DNA from: Octopus vulgaris
Lineage: Eukaryota
Assembly: GCA_951406725.2 (NCBI GenBank)
Contig: OX597818.1
Span: forward strand, 136,338,001-136,402,000
Reading direction: 5' to 3'
DNA: 64,000 nt
The translations under genes were made by a program, and so were the position numbers. How positions within the stretch are numbered: the first letter of the stretch is position 1; every line of letters starts with the position of its first letter. Below are positions 26,603 to 40,335 of this stretch, piece by piece. The notes beneath the pieces were generated by a model. It was given only the letters and a program-made list of their open reading frames with translations, ran no database searches and was not told where the DNA came from.

Positions 26603-28596
26603 TAAAATGCACCCAGTACACTCTGTTGAGAGGTTGGTGTTAGGAAGGGCATCCAGTTGTAGAAACCTTGCCACAACATATAGTTGGAGTCCTGGACAGC
26701 TCCCTGCTAGGCATTGCCATGTCTAACCATCCAACTTATGTCAGCATAAAATGCACCCAGTACACTCTGTTGAGAGGTTGGTGTTAGGAAGGGCGTCCAG
26801 TTGTAGAAACCTTGCCACAACATATAGTTGGAGTCCTGACCAGCTCCCTGCTAGGCATCGCCATGTCTAACCATCCAACTTATGTCAGCATAAAATGCAC
26901 CCAGTACACTCTGTTGAGAGGTTGGTGTTAGGAAGGGCGTCCAGTTGTGGAAACCTTGCCACAACATATAGTTGGAGTCCTGGCCAGCTCCCTGCTAGGC
27001 ATTGCCATGTCTAACCATCCAACTTATGTCAGCATAAAATGCACCCAGTACACTCTGTTGAGAGGTTGGTGTTAGGAAGGGCGTCCAGTTGTGGAAACCT
27101 TGCCACAACATATAGTTGGAGTCCTGGCCAGCTCCCTGCTAGGCATTGCCATGTCTAACCATCCAACTTATGTCAGCATAAAATGCACCCAGTACACTCT
27201 GTTGAGAGGTTGGTGTTAGGAAGGGCATCCAGTTGTGGAAACCTTGCCACAACATATAGTTGGAGTCCTGGCCAGCTCCCTGCTAGGCATTGCCATGTCT
27301 AACCATCCAACTTATGTCAGCATAAAATGCACCCAGTACACTCTGTTGAGAGGTTGGTGTTAGGAAGGGCATCCAGTTGTGGAAACCTTGCCACAACATA
27401 TAGTTGGAGTCCTGGCCAGCTCCCTGCTAGGCATTGCCATGTCTAACCATCCAACTTATGTCAGCATAAAATGCACCCAGTACACTCTGTTGAGAGGTTG
27501 GTGTTAGGAAGGGCATCCAGTTGTGGAAACCTTGCCACAACATATAGTTGGAGTCCTGGCCAGCTCCCTGCTAGGCATTGCCATGTCTAACCATCCAACT
27601 TATGTCAGCATAAAATGCACCCAGTACACTCTGTTGAGAGGTTGGTGTTAGGAAGGGCATCCAGTTGTGGAAACCTTGCCACAACATATAGTTGGAGTCC
27701 TGGCCAGCTCCCTGCTAGGCATTGCCATGTCTAACCATCCAACTTATGTCAGCATAAAATGCACCCAGTACACTCTGTTGAGAGGTTGGTGTTAGGAAGG
27801 GCATCCAGTTGTGGAAACCTTGCCACAACATATAGTTGGAGTCCTGGCCAGCTCCCTGCTAGGCATTGCCATGTCTAACCATCCAACTTATGTCAGCATA
27901 AAATGCACCCAGTACACTCTGTTGAGAGGTTGGTGTTAGGAAGGGCCTCCAGTTGTGGAAACCTTGCCACAACATATAGTTGGAGTCCTGGCCAGCTCCC
28001 TGCTAGGCATTGCCATGTCTAACCATCCAACTTATGTCAGCATAAAATGCACCCAGTACACTCTGTTGAGAGGTTGGTGTTAGGAAGGGCATCCAGTTGT
28101 GGAAACCTTGCCACAACATATAGTTGGAGTCCTGGACAGCTCCCTGCTAGGCATCGCCATGTCTAACCATCCAACTTATGTCAGCATAAAATGCACCCAG
28201 TACACTCTGTTGAGAGGTTGGTGTTAGGAAGGGCATCCAGTTGTAGAAACCTTGCCACAACATATAGTTGGAGTCCTGGCCAGCTCCCTGCTAGGCATCG
28301 CCATGTCTAACCATCCAACTTATGTCAGCATAAAATGCACCCAGTACACTCTGTTGAGAGGTTGGTGTTAGGAAGGGCATCCGGTTGTGGAAACCTTCCC
28401 ACAACATATAGTTGGAGTCCTGGACAGCTCCCTGCTAGGCATCGCCATGTCTAACCATCCAACTTATGTCAGCATAACATGCACCCAGTACACTCTGTTA
28501 GTTGGAGTCCTGGACAGCTCCCTGCTTGGCATCGCCATGTCTAACCATCCAACTTATGTCAGCATGGAAAGTGGATGTTAAATGATGATGATGATG
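26603..28596 (+). repeat. 144-bp tandem array (13 full units plus one internally deleted unit) derived from an RTE 3' tail
   Basis: atgcacccag recurs at 26607, 26751, 26895 ... 28479; the unit contains ggttggtgttaggaagggcatccagttgt; the array ends in gttaaatgatgatgatgatg. Confidence 0.95.
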
Positions 28597-28741
28597 TCCA
28601 TACCAGCATGGAAAACAGACGCTAAATAAGGATGATGATGTGTGTTTGTATAGATGCAAGCATGGTTATATGTTTAAGGAGCTTGCAGGGTTTTATATTC
28701 AGTCCTACTGTGCAATGCTTTGGGCACATGCCTTCTACTTC

Positions 28742-29295
28742 TATTGGGTTGTCCGGAAAGTTCATGCCGATTTATAGTAACTTACCTTTCGACTTATTTA
28801 GAACATGGTTGAGTCCATAAAATAGGATTTGACTGCACCTCCATTTAGAGCAGAGTTTAAGCTATCTTTTCGTGGAAGAAGGTTTATGTTCTTATAACCT
28901 GTGTTAATTCTGTAACCCTTTGAAATGGAAGATAAGAAAGTTCATTTTCGGCACTTGATGCTTTGGGAACCAGGCAAAAATTGCTGCAGCTCGACTGGGA
29001 TGTATTACCCCACCCTCCATATTCACCAGATTTCCACTTATTCAGGTCTCTGTAGAATATTCTTAATGGTAAAAATTTCAATTCTTTGGATGGCATAAAA
29101 AGATACCTTGATGAATTCTTTGCCATGAAACCACCTCAATTCTGGGAAGAGAGTATTTTCAAGTTAAAGGAAAGATGGAGACGCATTGAGCAACAAAATG
29201 GTTCATATTTGGTTGATTAAAAATGTAATGGCAAGTATTTATTGACCTTTTTCTTTCCTTTAAAAATTGGCACGAACTTTCCGGCCAACCCAATA
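28742..29295 (+). mobile_element. internally deleted mariner transposon inserted into an old SINE
   Basis: TA TSD; TIRs of about 30 bp (ttgggttgtccggaaagttcatgccgattt / aaattggcacgaactttccggccaacccaa); transposase N-terminus MEDKKVHFRHLMLW (ATG 28925) joined to C-terminus WDVLPHPPYSPD-FHLFRSL...KLKERW (stop 29220). Confidence 0.9.
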
Positions 29296-30198
29296 CTTCA
29301 TTCCTGGGCTAATCAATGTCTTGTAAGTAGACTTGGTAGATAGAAACTGTGTAGATGTCTATCGTGTGTGTGTGTGTGTGTGCATTTATCTTTATATTTG
29401 TTCCCCACCACCATTTTACAACTAGTGTTGGTTTGTTTGCAGCTCATTAACTTAGGGGTTCAAAAAAAGAGAGAAAGATAGAGCGAGTACCAGACTTAAA
29501 AATAAGCACTTGGGTCAGTTTGTTGGACCCTTCAAGGTGGAGCCCCAACATGGCTGCAGTCCAATGACTGAAACAAGTAAAAGATAATACACACATGTTG
29601 TTGATGCCATTGCAACTGATATTATTATTGTTGTTGTTGTTGTTGTTGTTGTCATTTGAGTCTACATCATTTTGTAGTTATCTCTTCCTTTTCTCTGTTG
29701 TATATGTATGTGTGAACAGTTGTGAATGTGTACAAGTGTGTATCTGTATCTGCCTATATATGCAAGGGGTTTGACCTCCATCACCCTCCTTACAGTTTGA
29801 GCAATCATGTAGAGGATTCCTCAATTCGTTTGATCCCCATAAGTATTCCACTTAGCTGTTGGTGGTCCCTGGTGGATCTGCCAATAAACAGAATAGTCTC
29901 CCGGGATATTAGTCATAGGGCTTGTGCTTTCATATTTGTCATCAGGCCCCAAATGGGCACTTTGCATATGGAAGTGAAATAGGGATCAGTGCTTCAACAC
30001 ATTGTGTTACTCTGACTGAAAACCTGGTTCAAATGCTTGCATCAAAGTGGATACCACTAATGGTAGCATCACCCAGGTATTGAGTGGACATGATAACAGA
30101 CTTAGGATCAACAGGTAAGAATCTGCTAAAGCCACCCAGAGGGCTAAACACAGGTGGTGGTGGTGGTGGCGGCGGCAGTGGTGGTAATGATGATGCTT

Positions 30199-30431
30199 TA
30201 GGCGGCGAGCTGGCAGAAACATTAGCACACCGGGCGAAATGCTGAGCTGTATTTTGTCTGCCCTTATGTTCTAAGTTCAAATTCCGCCGAGGTCGACTTT
30301 GCCTTTCATCCTTTCGGGGTCGATTAAATAAGTACCAGTTATGCACTGGGGTCGATATAATCGACTTAATCCGTTTACCTGTCCTTGTTTGTCCTCTCTG
30401 TGTTTAGTCCCTTGTGGGTAGTAAAGAAATA
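30199..30431 (+). mobile_element. SINE family B
   Basis: 16-bp TSD ggtaatgatgatgctt. Confidence 0.9.
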
Positions 30432-31254
30432 GGTAATGATGATGCTTGAGTGAATGTGTCAGTGGACCTTGGATCAAATAAAGTGGATTCCACTTTAATC
30501 CAGGACAGATTAAAACAACCTCCTTAATTTCAATACCACAAGTACCGAATAACATCTCTTGTTAATAATAATAATCAACCCTATGTTATTCCATTCCTTG
30601 AAATGCACTGTTTATGTCACAGTACAAATAGCATGCACAGAAGAAGCCTCATTGTTGAAATAGACAGCAATAGATGCAGTAGGTTAAAGTAATGCTTATC
30701 TCCAGCCCAATATGGCTGCTAAATATTATTCCTGTTACTTTCATTGCTGTCATAGACTTTCTTTCCTCTTTGCTACTGTCTTTTTTGAGGTGTTGCTATA
30801 GAAACAAACTAGTACATTACTAATGTGTTCCCACAGAGACATAAACCACTTTTCACATTTTGAAGTCATCATTTTTTTCCTTGAAGCATCCTGCTTGCTT
30901 GTTACAATACAGGCAATAGTATTTCTGCATCTATCATTTCATGGAATGTGGGTGGATTCTGTGTACGCTTGAGAAGCAACTTGATGGAGTGTGTAACATA
31001 TATAAAACCAAATTGTCAGTTTGCCATTAATATTTGTACATTTACCATGGTAACAAGAGCATTAAACAGACTGATGGATGGAAACTTGAAATGGTAGAGT
31101 GAAGAATACATAGGACTATCAATTTATGGATTGTGAGTTCAAGCCTGCTGCAGGCATTCCTTCATGTCTCAGACAAAATATTACATTAAAATACATTTCC
31201 TTAGTTCACGTATCTCTTTGGAATAGTACTCATTCCATATATTCTATAGAAGTG

Positions 31255-31636
31255 TGGAGGCGCAATGGCCCAGTGGTTAGGGCAGCGGACTCGCGGTCGG
31301 AGGATTGCGATTTCGATTCCCAGACGGGGCGTTGTGAGTGTTTATTGAGCGAAAACACCTAAAGCTCCACGAGGCTCCGGCAGGGGATGGTGGTGATCCC
31401 TGCTGTACTCTTTCACCACAACTTTCTCTCACTCTTACTTCCTGTTTCTGTTGTACCTGTATTTCAAAGGGCCAGCCTTGTCACTCTCTGTCACGCTGAA
31501 TATCCCCGAGAACTACGTTAAGGGTACACGTGTCTGTGGAGTGCTCAGCCACTTACACGTTAATTTCACGAGCAGGCTGTTCCGTTGATTTGGATCAACC
31601 GGAACCCTCGTCGTCGTAACCGACGGAGTGCTTCCA
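31255..31636 (+). mobile_element. SINE family C
   Basis: Near-identical to 18678-19063; B box ttcgattccc. Confidence 0.85.
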
Positions 31637-32084
31637 TCTACAGAAGTACCTATTCCATATATATATCATACAGACACACCTATTCTGTATACTATATAGA
31701 AATACATATTCTACATACCATAGATGAGTACCTGTTGAATACGTTATATTAATCTATCTATTCTATATATTATAAAGAAGTATCTATTCTATATGTTGTT
31801 TAGAACGACCTGGTCTATATGCTATATAAATGCACCTTTTCTTTATACTGCACATACTATACAGAAATGCCTTTTCTATAGACTACATAGAAGAGTCTAT
31901 GCCATATATTTTACAGAAGACCTATTCTAGATATTCTATAGAAATACCTTATTTACTATGCAAAAGTACCTATTCTACATACAGTATAGAAGCATATATT
32001 CTACATATTGCCTAGAAGTACCTATCTACACACTATATGAAAAAATTCCTTTTCTCTATACTATATTGAAGTACTTATGTTAAG

Positions 32085-32740
32085 TAATACATATATGATG
32101 AAAATGGCCATCTACTTGTGATTGAGGAAGACCATTGCTGACCTTCAGGAACATTGTGCGCTCTAGGACTAACTTATATTTTGCATTTGTGGTTCCATTG
32201 GTAACTAATGAGCCCTGCTCTTGACAAACATACACGACTGCAAACATTGCAGACCAAGCTTTCCCCATTCACTAATCAGTAGTGTGCTTTCGAGCAGCAT
32301 GCTTAAGTTCTTCATGCTGGATACGTGCTCTCTCAAAAGTGTCGATCCCCTCCTTAACCTGCTTCCTCCATCTGTGATGAGGACAGGCATTGCTCTCCCA
32401 GTCAGTCTCCTGTATATCACAGACCTTTAATGAGGACTTGACACAGTTCTTAAATCGCAGCCTGGGGTCTCTTTCCATTCCCAAGTTCCCCATATAGCAT
32501 CTGCTTAGGGATCCTGCTATCCTTCATTCTAATAAGGTGTCCAGTCCAACGTAACCGGTGCTTGTGCCCCATCGCCTCAATACTCAAGATATCAGCTTTC
32601 ATCAGGACCTGTATTTCTGGCGTTTTTAAGGTCCAGTCAACATTCAGAATGTGTTTGAGACATCTCTGATGAAAGTGTTCAAGGACCTTTACATGATGTT
32701 TGTAAAGGGTCTATGTTTCACATGAATAAAGGAGCAATGT
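32085..32740 (-). mobile_element. RTE-clade LINE 3' remnant (second family; related piece at about 41300-41525)
   Basis: Minus strand RLRWTGHLIRMKDSRIPKQMLYG...LRFKNCVKSSLK. Confidence 0.75.
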
Positions 32741-33399
32741 ATAGTAACTATTTTTTATAGGTTTTTGAGCTAATGCTTCCCTATTTAGTTTTCTGGGACT
32801 TTGTGGGGGGGTCATTTTTGGTTACAACAGTGTGGGCAGTGCTAAAAGTACCATCAGCCTTGTGGTGAGGTTTAACTGGGTAACAGGCTTAATCAATTAT
32901 CTAAGAATAAAAATAGTTGCTTTGACTAAATTACACAGTTTCTGTTTACTAAAATTATCTCACAAAACTTCGGTTGACACAAGACTATGGTAAAATAAAA
33001 ATAAAAACACACATCCAAAGTGCCACACTGTGGATTGAACCTGAAACCATATTGTTGTAAAGTGGACCTCTTAACCACACAGCCATATCCACATTCAGTT
33101 TTCACACATGCTATTATTACTTACTGTTAGATCACATTGATATTTCCAATCTAAGAACCTCTATGTGGTCATTTGCTTTGCTTGAAATAGTGACCTAATT
33201 TCTCTTGACTTTTTAAAATATGGAAAAATACATGGGCTAATGCAATCCAAGTCAGAAGAAAAATAAAACAAACAAACAAACTCCCTCACAAAAACAGGTC
33301 GGAATGATCTTAATCATACATAAGCTTGATCGGGGCTGATTTGGGGCTACAAAGCAACAACAACAGTAACAACAAGATGTTGAATAACATAATCACTTA

Positions 33400-33680
33400 A
33401 TCATCATCATCATCATCATCATTTAGCGTCCGTTTTCCATGCTAGCATGGGTTGGACGGTTTAACTGGGGTCTGTGAAGCCGGAAGGCTTCATCAGGCCC
33501 AGTCTGATCTGGCAGTGTTTCTACGGCTGGATGCCCTTCCTAACGCCAACCACTCCGCGAGTGTAGTGGGTGTTTTTTACGTGCCACCTGCACAGGTGCC
33601 AGACAGAGCTGGCACAATGGCCACAAACGGATGGTGCTTTTACGTGTCACCAGCACGGGGCCAGGTGATGCTGGCAACGG
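33400..33680 (-). mobile_element. RTE 3'UTR fragment
   Basis: (CAT)n followed by the reverse-complement tail ...ggatgcccttcctaacgccaacc. Confidence 0.85.
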
Positions 33681-34209
33681 ACAATAAGTGTATTAAAATA
33701 TATTACTGTAAAAAAGAAATTAACTGCTAATGCTAGACCAGTGCTACTTTGCTCAGGTATATTGTTGACTTAATTAAGCAGAATAATATGTACTATGTAA
33801 TTATAGTACGTGCTATGTTGTATAGTATGTACTATGTTGAACACAATGCATTATTTTTTTTATTTGTTTTAGACATTTGGCTGTGGCCATGCTGGAGTAC
33901 CACCTTGAAGGGTTTTAGTTGAACAAATCAATGCCCAGGACATTTTTTTAAAAGCCTAATACTTATTCTATTGACTCTTTTGCTGAACCATTAAGTTTCA
34001 GGGACATAAACACACCAACACTGGTTATCAAAGGGAACACACACACACACACACACACGATGGGTTTCTTTCAGTTTCTGTCTACCAAATCCACTCGCAA
34101 GGCTTTGGTCGGCCTGAGACTATAGTAGAAGGCATTTACCCAAAGTGCTGTACAGTAGGACTGAACCTGGTAAGCAAGCTTCTTACCACACAGCCAAGAG
34201 AATATATAT

Positions 34210-34785
34210 ATAATGAAATTATTGTATACAGTGCTCAGGTGCACCACAACTTGTCAAAAAGTGCATATAAAGTACATGCAGTAATGTAGAAATGTCTGGA
34301 AAGTGAACATGCTTGTGTGTGTATGGAGGGAGAAAATCAGGTGTAGTGTTGGCGAATCTCAGAAAGCATGGAAGTTTTGAAGGATGCAGTGCTCCGACAA
34401 CTAACAACCGATGCCGGCAGTTTGTTCCATGCTTCAGCAACTCTCAGCATGAAAAAATGTTTCCTGAAGTCATGGGAGCTGTGCTGTTTTCTTACTTTGT
34501 AAATATGTCCACGGGTGTTAGATGGGTGGAGTTTGAAGAGGTGCTCAGAGTTATTGTTTGTGCGATGGTTGATAATTTTATGGGTGTCTGCCAAGTCAGC
34601 TGCCAGATGTCGGAGTTTCAATGTGTCCATGCCCAGGGAAGTAAGGCGTTCAGGATATGGCAAATGCCTGATGGAGGGTATTCTTTTGGTTGCACGTTGC
34701 TGAACAGCTTCCAGACGATTGATGTCCTGGGCAAGATAGGGGTTCCAGACCGGTGATGCAAATTCCAGGTGAGGTCTTACCACCT
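34210..34785 (-). mobile_element. CR1-like LINE 3' fragment
   Basis: VRPHLEFASPVWNPY...LEAVQQRATK...YPERL...TRGH...FF.LRV..WNKLP are characteristic CR1-group C-terminal motifs. Confidence 0.85.
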
Positions 34786-34811
34786 GGTAGAATGTAGAAT
34801 AGTATGTAGAA

Positions 34812-35045
34812 AAGGTGGCGAGCTGGCAGAAATGTTAGCATGCCGGGCGAAATGCGTAGCCGTATTTCGTCTGCTGCTACGTTCTGAGTTCAAATTCCGC
34901 CGAGGTCGACTTTGCTTTTCATCCTTTCGGGGTCGATAAATTAAGTACCAGTTACGCACTGGGGTTGATGTAATTGACTTAATCCCTTTGTCTGTCCTTG
35001 TTTGTCCCCTCTGTGTTTAGCCCCTTGTGGGTAGTAAAGAAATAA
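34812..35045 (+). mobile_element. SINE family B
   Basis: Full-length match to 6041-6272. Confidence 0.9.
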
Positions 35046-36397
35046 GTGTGTAGAATGAAGAGTGATGTGTGCAGTGTAGAACACAATGTATTGTTTAGAA
35101 TAGTATGTATGAATAGGTACTTCTATATAATATGTAGAACAGTATGAATAGAATGTACTATGGTGTTTGTTTCCCAACCACATAGTCCCAGGTTCAGTCC
35201 CACTGCGTGGCACCTTGGGCAAGTGTCTTTTACTATAGCCTTGGGCCAACCAAAGCTTTGTGAGTGGATTTGGTGGATGGAAACTGGAAGAAGCCTGTTG
35301 TGTGTGTGTGTGTGTGTGTGCATGCATGCATGTGTCTTTGTGTCTGTGTTTGTCCCACCACCACTACTTGATGTTAGTGTGTTGGTGTGTGCATGTCTCT
35401 GTAACTTAGTGGTTCAGCAAGAAAGACTGATAGAATAAGTACCAGGCTTAACAAAAAATAAGTATTAGTATCAATTAATTCTACCAAACATTCTTAAATG
35501 TGGTGCCCCGGCATGGCCACAGTCTGAAACAAGTAAAAGATGTAGAGTAGTATGCTGTATGCTATACTGTGTATACCTTGTAGAATATTATATACAGTGT
35601 AGAATAGTATTTAGTATGTAGAGCAATGGGCACTATGTAGAATAGTATGTGGAGTATACAATGGTATGTAGGTTATAGAATAATATATAGTATGTAGTAC
35701 TACATAGAATAATAAATAGATACTATATAGAATTGTATGTATTATGTAATATGTAGAATAAGATATAGCATGTAGAATAGTAGTGTGTAGTATTTCAAAG
35801 AGTGAGACTTTATAGAATGGTGCTATTGTTATTCTACATTGAATTGAGAGCAATGCTAAATATTTCGTTTCCTCCTCCTCTCCTCCTCCTCCTCCTCCTC
35901 CTATTTTAACTGAGAAAATAGTCAATGAAGAAACAAACTGAGCTGAGAAAACATTTTAGTCTGATATCATTTATTCTACTTTACTTACTCTCTTTGCCGT
36001 GAGGGTTTGATGGAAAGATCTATGTCATGGTCACTATTGATTATTCGATTTTTATTTTATTTATTTTTTTTAACATCATTTAGCTAGTTCAGACGAGAGG
36101 ATCTGCCAAGCTTAGTGCTTTCCAAATATTTTTGCCATGGAAATCTCCAAGGATATACAAAATTCTGTTTGAAAGTTCGACATGAAAGGTAGGAGAAAGG
36201 ATAAATGTCATGTTTACATCTACAAATAAATGTGCTCTAATGAAGGATTGTCTCTAGTTAGTGACTGACATGTTGAGTTTTAGGATCTTCTTTGATGTTA
36301 TGATAAATGCAATGAATGCTACCTTACATCTCTTCATCAGTAATTTATATATTTATGTGTGTGTGTGTGTGTGTGTATAATATAGTGTAATGTGTGA

Positions 36398-36680
36398 GTA
36401 TGTGTGGTCTAGTGGTTAGAGTAAGTTACCCATGATTACAAGATCGTGGTTTCAATTCCTGGACTGGTTTTGTGTTGTGTTTTTGAGCAATACACTTCAT
36501 TCCACATTGCTCCAGTCAACTCAGCTGTAAATGGATAACCCTGTAATGTACTGGTGTTCCATTCAGGGGAATGGTGGCCTGCTCACCTAACCACTGAGCT
36601 GGCATCATTCAAAAGCTACTACAATGCGAGGAAGCACATTGTAACCAGCAGTGTGTAACATCTGATAGTCTGGTTGATAC
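36398..36680 (+). mobile_element. old tRNA-derived SINE family D (V-domain-like)
   Basis: tggtctagtggtt A box, tttcaattcc B box, ttgagcaatacactt...ttgctccagtcaactcagctgtaaatgg core. Confidence 0.55.
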
Positions 36681-36688
36681 AGTGGAAT

Positions 36689-36728
<40 letters not shown>

Positions 36729-37365
36729 AAAGGATGTTATAATACTATTCCACATATACAAAAACAGCCATACCAACAATCCAACTTATCTCCATCATCA
36801 GCTGCCCCACGGATATCATTATGGTTTTGACACCTGGGCAGTACCATTCAATCTGGTGGTGTCAACAGCACTAAAATAAGTGTTGTTTGGGAACAAACAT
36901 ACTAAAGAAACCACAACTTTCAAACACATTTACCCTATGTACAACAGTATCAGTAAATAAATTCAATAAATAAATTCAATAAATAAATCTATAACCAACT
37001 CTTAAATATGTAACAGTGACTAATCCTTTAAGTCATACAAAAAAATATTCCCTACCATCTTCCATAGTATAATATAAAAGTGAAAACTTGATAACCACAT
37101 TCATTCAATCTAAATATAGCAGGATTAAACACTAACTTTAAAATTAAACTACAATAAATAAATACATAAACCTATGTACATCTGTATCAGTATTAATAGT
37201 AAACCTACAATAACTAAATTATATACTAGATAGCGACCAATCTTTAAGTCCATACAAATAATAATCCCACCAGTCTTCCATAGTTACTACTATAATAAAA
37301 AACTGAGAGCTTTATATAATTCTCTCCAAAACAAAACAAACACGATTGAATTTTATATAACGAAT

Positions 37366-37681
37366 CGTGCCGGTGGCACGTAAAAAGCGCCATCCAATTG
37401 TGGCCGTTTGCCAGCCTCGTCTGGCACCTGTGCCGGTGGCACGTAAAAAGCACCATCCGATTGTGGCCGTTTGCCAGCCTCGTCTGGCACCTGTGCCGGT
37501 GGCACGTAAAAAGCACCCACTACACTTGTGTAGTGGTTGGCGTTAAGGAAGGGCATCCAGCTGTAAAAACATTGCCAGATCAGACTGGGCCTGGTTCAGC
37601 CTTCTGGCTTCCCAGACCCCAGTTGCACCGTCCAACCCATGCCAGCATGGAAAGCGAACGATGATGATGATGATGATGATG
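37366..37681 (+). mobile_element. RTE 3'UTR fragment with two near-identical modules of about 63 bp
   Basis: gtgccggtggcacgtaaaaagc occurs three times; (GAT)n tail. Confidence 0.85.
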
Positions 37682-38016
37682 AATAATATAATAACTATGA
37701 GTGAAATACATTATTTCATAATTCAAAAGTTACTCATTAATATACAATATATACTTAATAATATATATTACCGTTACAAGCTTTGATGTTAAATTACCAG
37801 TAAGTAATAGAAACATTAAATTCTATTAAACAGGAACTAATAAAAGTATACTTGTAATTAATTATTATTATAAAACCTAGCAATGATTAGAGGTAAATTA
37901 AAACTGTTTAAAAATACAATAAAACTACCAAATATTAACTCTTACATGTTTTTTCAGACATGTGATTCCATCACCTAGAACTTAAAAGACTATCTTAACT
38001 ATTGACGATGTAGTGC

Positions 38017-38335
38017 ATCATCATCATCATCATCATCATCACCATTTAGCATCCGTTGTCCATGCTGGCATGGGTTGGACAGTTTGACTGGGCTGGCATG
38101 CTGGAAGGCTGCACCAAATTCCATTTTGATTTGGCATGGTTTTCTACTGCTGGATGCCCTTCTTAATGTCAACTCCTCTGAGAATGTAATGGGTGCTTTT
38201 AGGTGCCATCAGCATGAGTGCCATTCGCGTGACACTGGGGTGCATTTACGTGCCACCGGCATGGGTGCCAATTTGCATGACACTGGTATCTGCCACGACT
38301 GTTATTTTGCTTGGCTTCATGGGTCTTCTCAAGCA
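38017..38335 (-). mobile_element. diverged RTE 3'UTR fragment
   Basis: (CAT)n plus reverse-complement tail. Confidence 0.75.
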
Positions 38336-38356
38336 AACACATATACATACATACAT

Positions 38357-38397
<41 letters not shown>

Positions 38398-38508
38398 CAC
38401 CTATAAGGATAAGAATTTCATATTATATTGATTTCAATATCTCTGAATAAATTGATGTCTATACATCAATTTCTCCATTTTCTTATTTTTCTCATTCCCA
38501 TATATAAG

Positions 38509-38573
<65 letters not shown>

Positions 38574-38582
38574 ATATATATA

Positions 38583-38972
38583 GCAGGAATGGCTGTGTGG
38601 TAAGTAGCTTGCTAACCAACCACATGGTTGCGGGTTCAGTCCCACTGCGTGGCATCTTGGGCAAGTGTCTTCTGCTATAGCCTCGGGCCGACCAATGCCT
38701 TGTGAGTGAATTTGGTAGACGGAAACTGAAAGAAGCCTGTCGTATATATATATGTGTGTATGTGTGTTTGTGTGTCTGTGTTTGTCCCCCTAGCATTGCT
38801 TGACAACCGATGCTGGTGTGTTTACGTCCCCGTCACTTAGCGGTTCGGCAAAAGAGACCGATAGAATAAGTACTGGGCTTACAATAGAATAAGTACTGGG
38901 CTCGACTAAAGGCGGTGCTCCAGCATGGCCGCAGTCAAATGACTGAAACAAGTAAAAGAGAGAGTAAAAGAA

Positions 38973-38975
<3 letters not shown>
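38583..38975 (+). mobile_element. SINE family A
   Basis: Full length. Confidence 0.9.
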
Positions 38976-39008
<33 letters not shown>

Positions 39009-39371
39009 GTATATGTGTGTGTATACATTATTTTCAGTAATTCATTTAATGTCAGGTTTTCCATGCTGAAACAGGTTGGACTTATTTGATGCAGGATTTT
39101 ACAGCTGCACGCTCTTCCTGTCACTAATCCTTATTTGTTTTTCAAGTAACAGACGCCTTTTTTCTTCTTTTGCTGAAAGCCCTGAGCAACTAGTCATAAC
39201 GTTGACAAAGAATTTAAACATATAATTAGCAATGACAAGTTAAGCTTTATGATATCAGTATTCATACACAGATGCACAGATATAAACAAAAACATAAACG
39301 TGTTCAATGAGCTTTTTACAGTCTCTGTTTCCCAAATTTCTTTACAAGGCATTGGTTAACCCATGAGCTAT

Positions 39372-39780
39372 ACTCTTTACTCTCTTTTACTGGTTTCAGT
39401 CATTTGACTGCGGCCATGCTGGAGCACCGCCTTCAGTCGAGCAAATCGACCCCGGGACTTATTCTTTTGTAAGCCCAGTACTTATTCTATCGGTCTCTTT
39501 TGCCGAACCGCTAAGTGACGGGGACGCAAACACACCAGCATCGGTTGTCAAGCAATGCTAGGGGGGCAAACACAGACACACAAACACACACACACACATA
39601 TATATATACATATATACGACAGGCTTCTTTCAGTTTCCGTCTACCAACTCCACTCACAAGGCATTGGTCGGCCCGGGGCTATAGCAGAAGACACTTGCCC
39701 AAGATGCCACGCAGTGGGATTGAACCCGGAACCATGTGGTTGGTTAGCAAGCTACTTACCACACAGCCACTCCTGCACCT
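39372..39780 (-). mobile_element. SINE family A, inverted relative to 38583-38975
   Basis: Full length; shares subfamily variants with the preceding copy. Confidence 0.9.
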
Positions 39781-40104
39781 ATAGTAGAGTAAAGGACAAA
39801 AACACTTTCCCTAGGTGCTACTGTGCTATGGGACTGAATCCTAAACTATGTGGTTGTAAAACAAACTTCTTAGCCACACAGCCATGTATATATACATACA
39901 TATATGCATGCATACATACATACACACATACATAGGCACAAGGGTAGCTGTGTGGTAAGAAAGTTTGCTTCCCAACCACATGGTTCCGAGTTCAGTCCCA
40001 TTGCGTGGCACTTTGGGCAAGTGTCTTGTACTGTAACCTTGGGCCGACCAAAGCCTTGTGAGTGGACTTGGTAGATGGAAATTGAAAGAAGCCTGTCATG
40101 TGTA

Positions 40105-40296
40105 TAGATCATTAGCCATGATAGATCGTTAGCCACTACACACATATTTTTTTCTCTCCTTGTTTTTTCTGTGTCCCTTTCTATAGAAGAGCGTAGGCTC
40201 GAAACGTAAAAGACTTTTCCTATTCCTGAGCGTTATACTAATACATCTGTTTGTTTTGTACACCACCTGTCTTTTGTTGTTTTTTTCATAAACTCT

Positions 40297-40335
<39 letters not shown>

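Noticed and set aside
26603-28596. CRISPR-like appearance of the regular arrays (also 50316-58100)
   Set aside because: No unique spacers, no cas genes, eukaryotic context.
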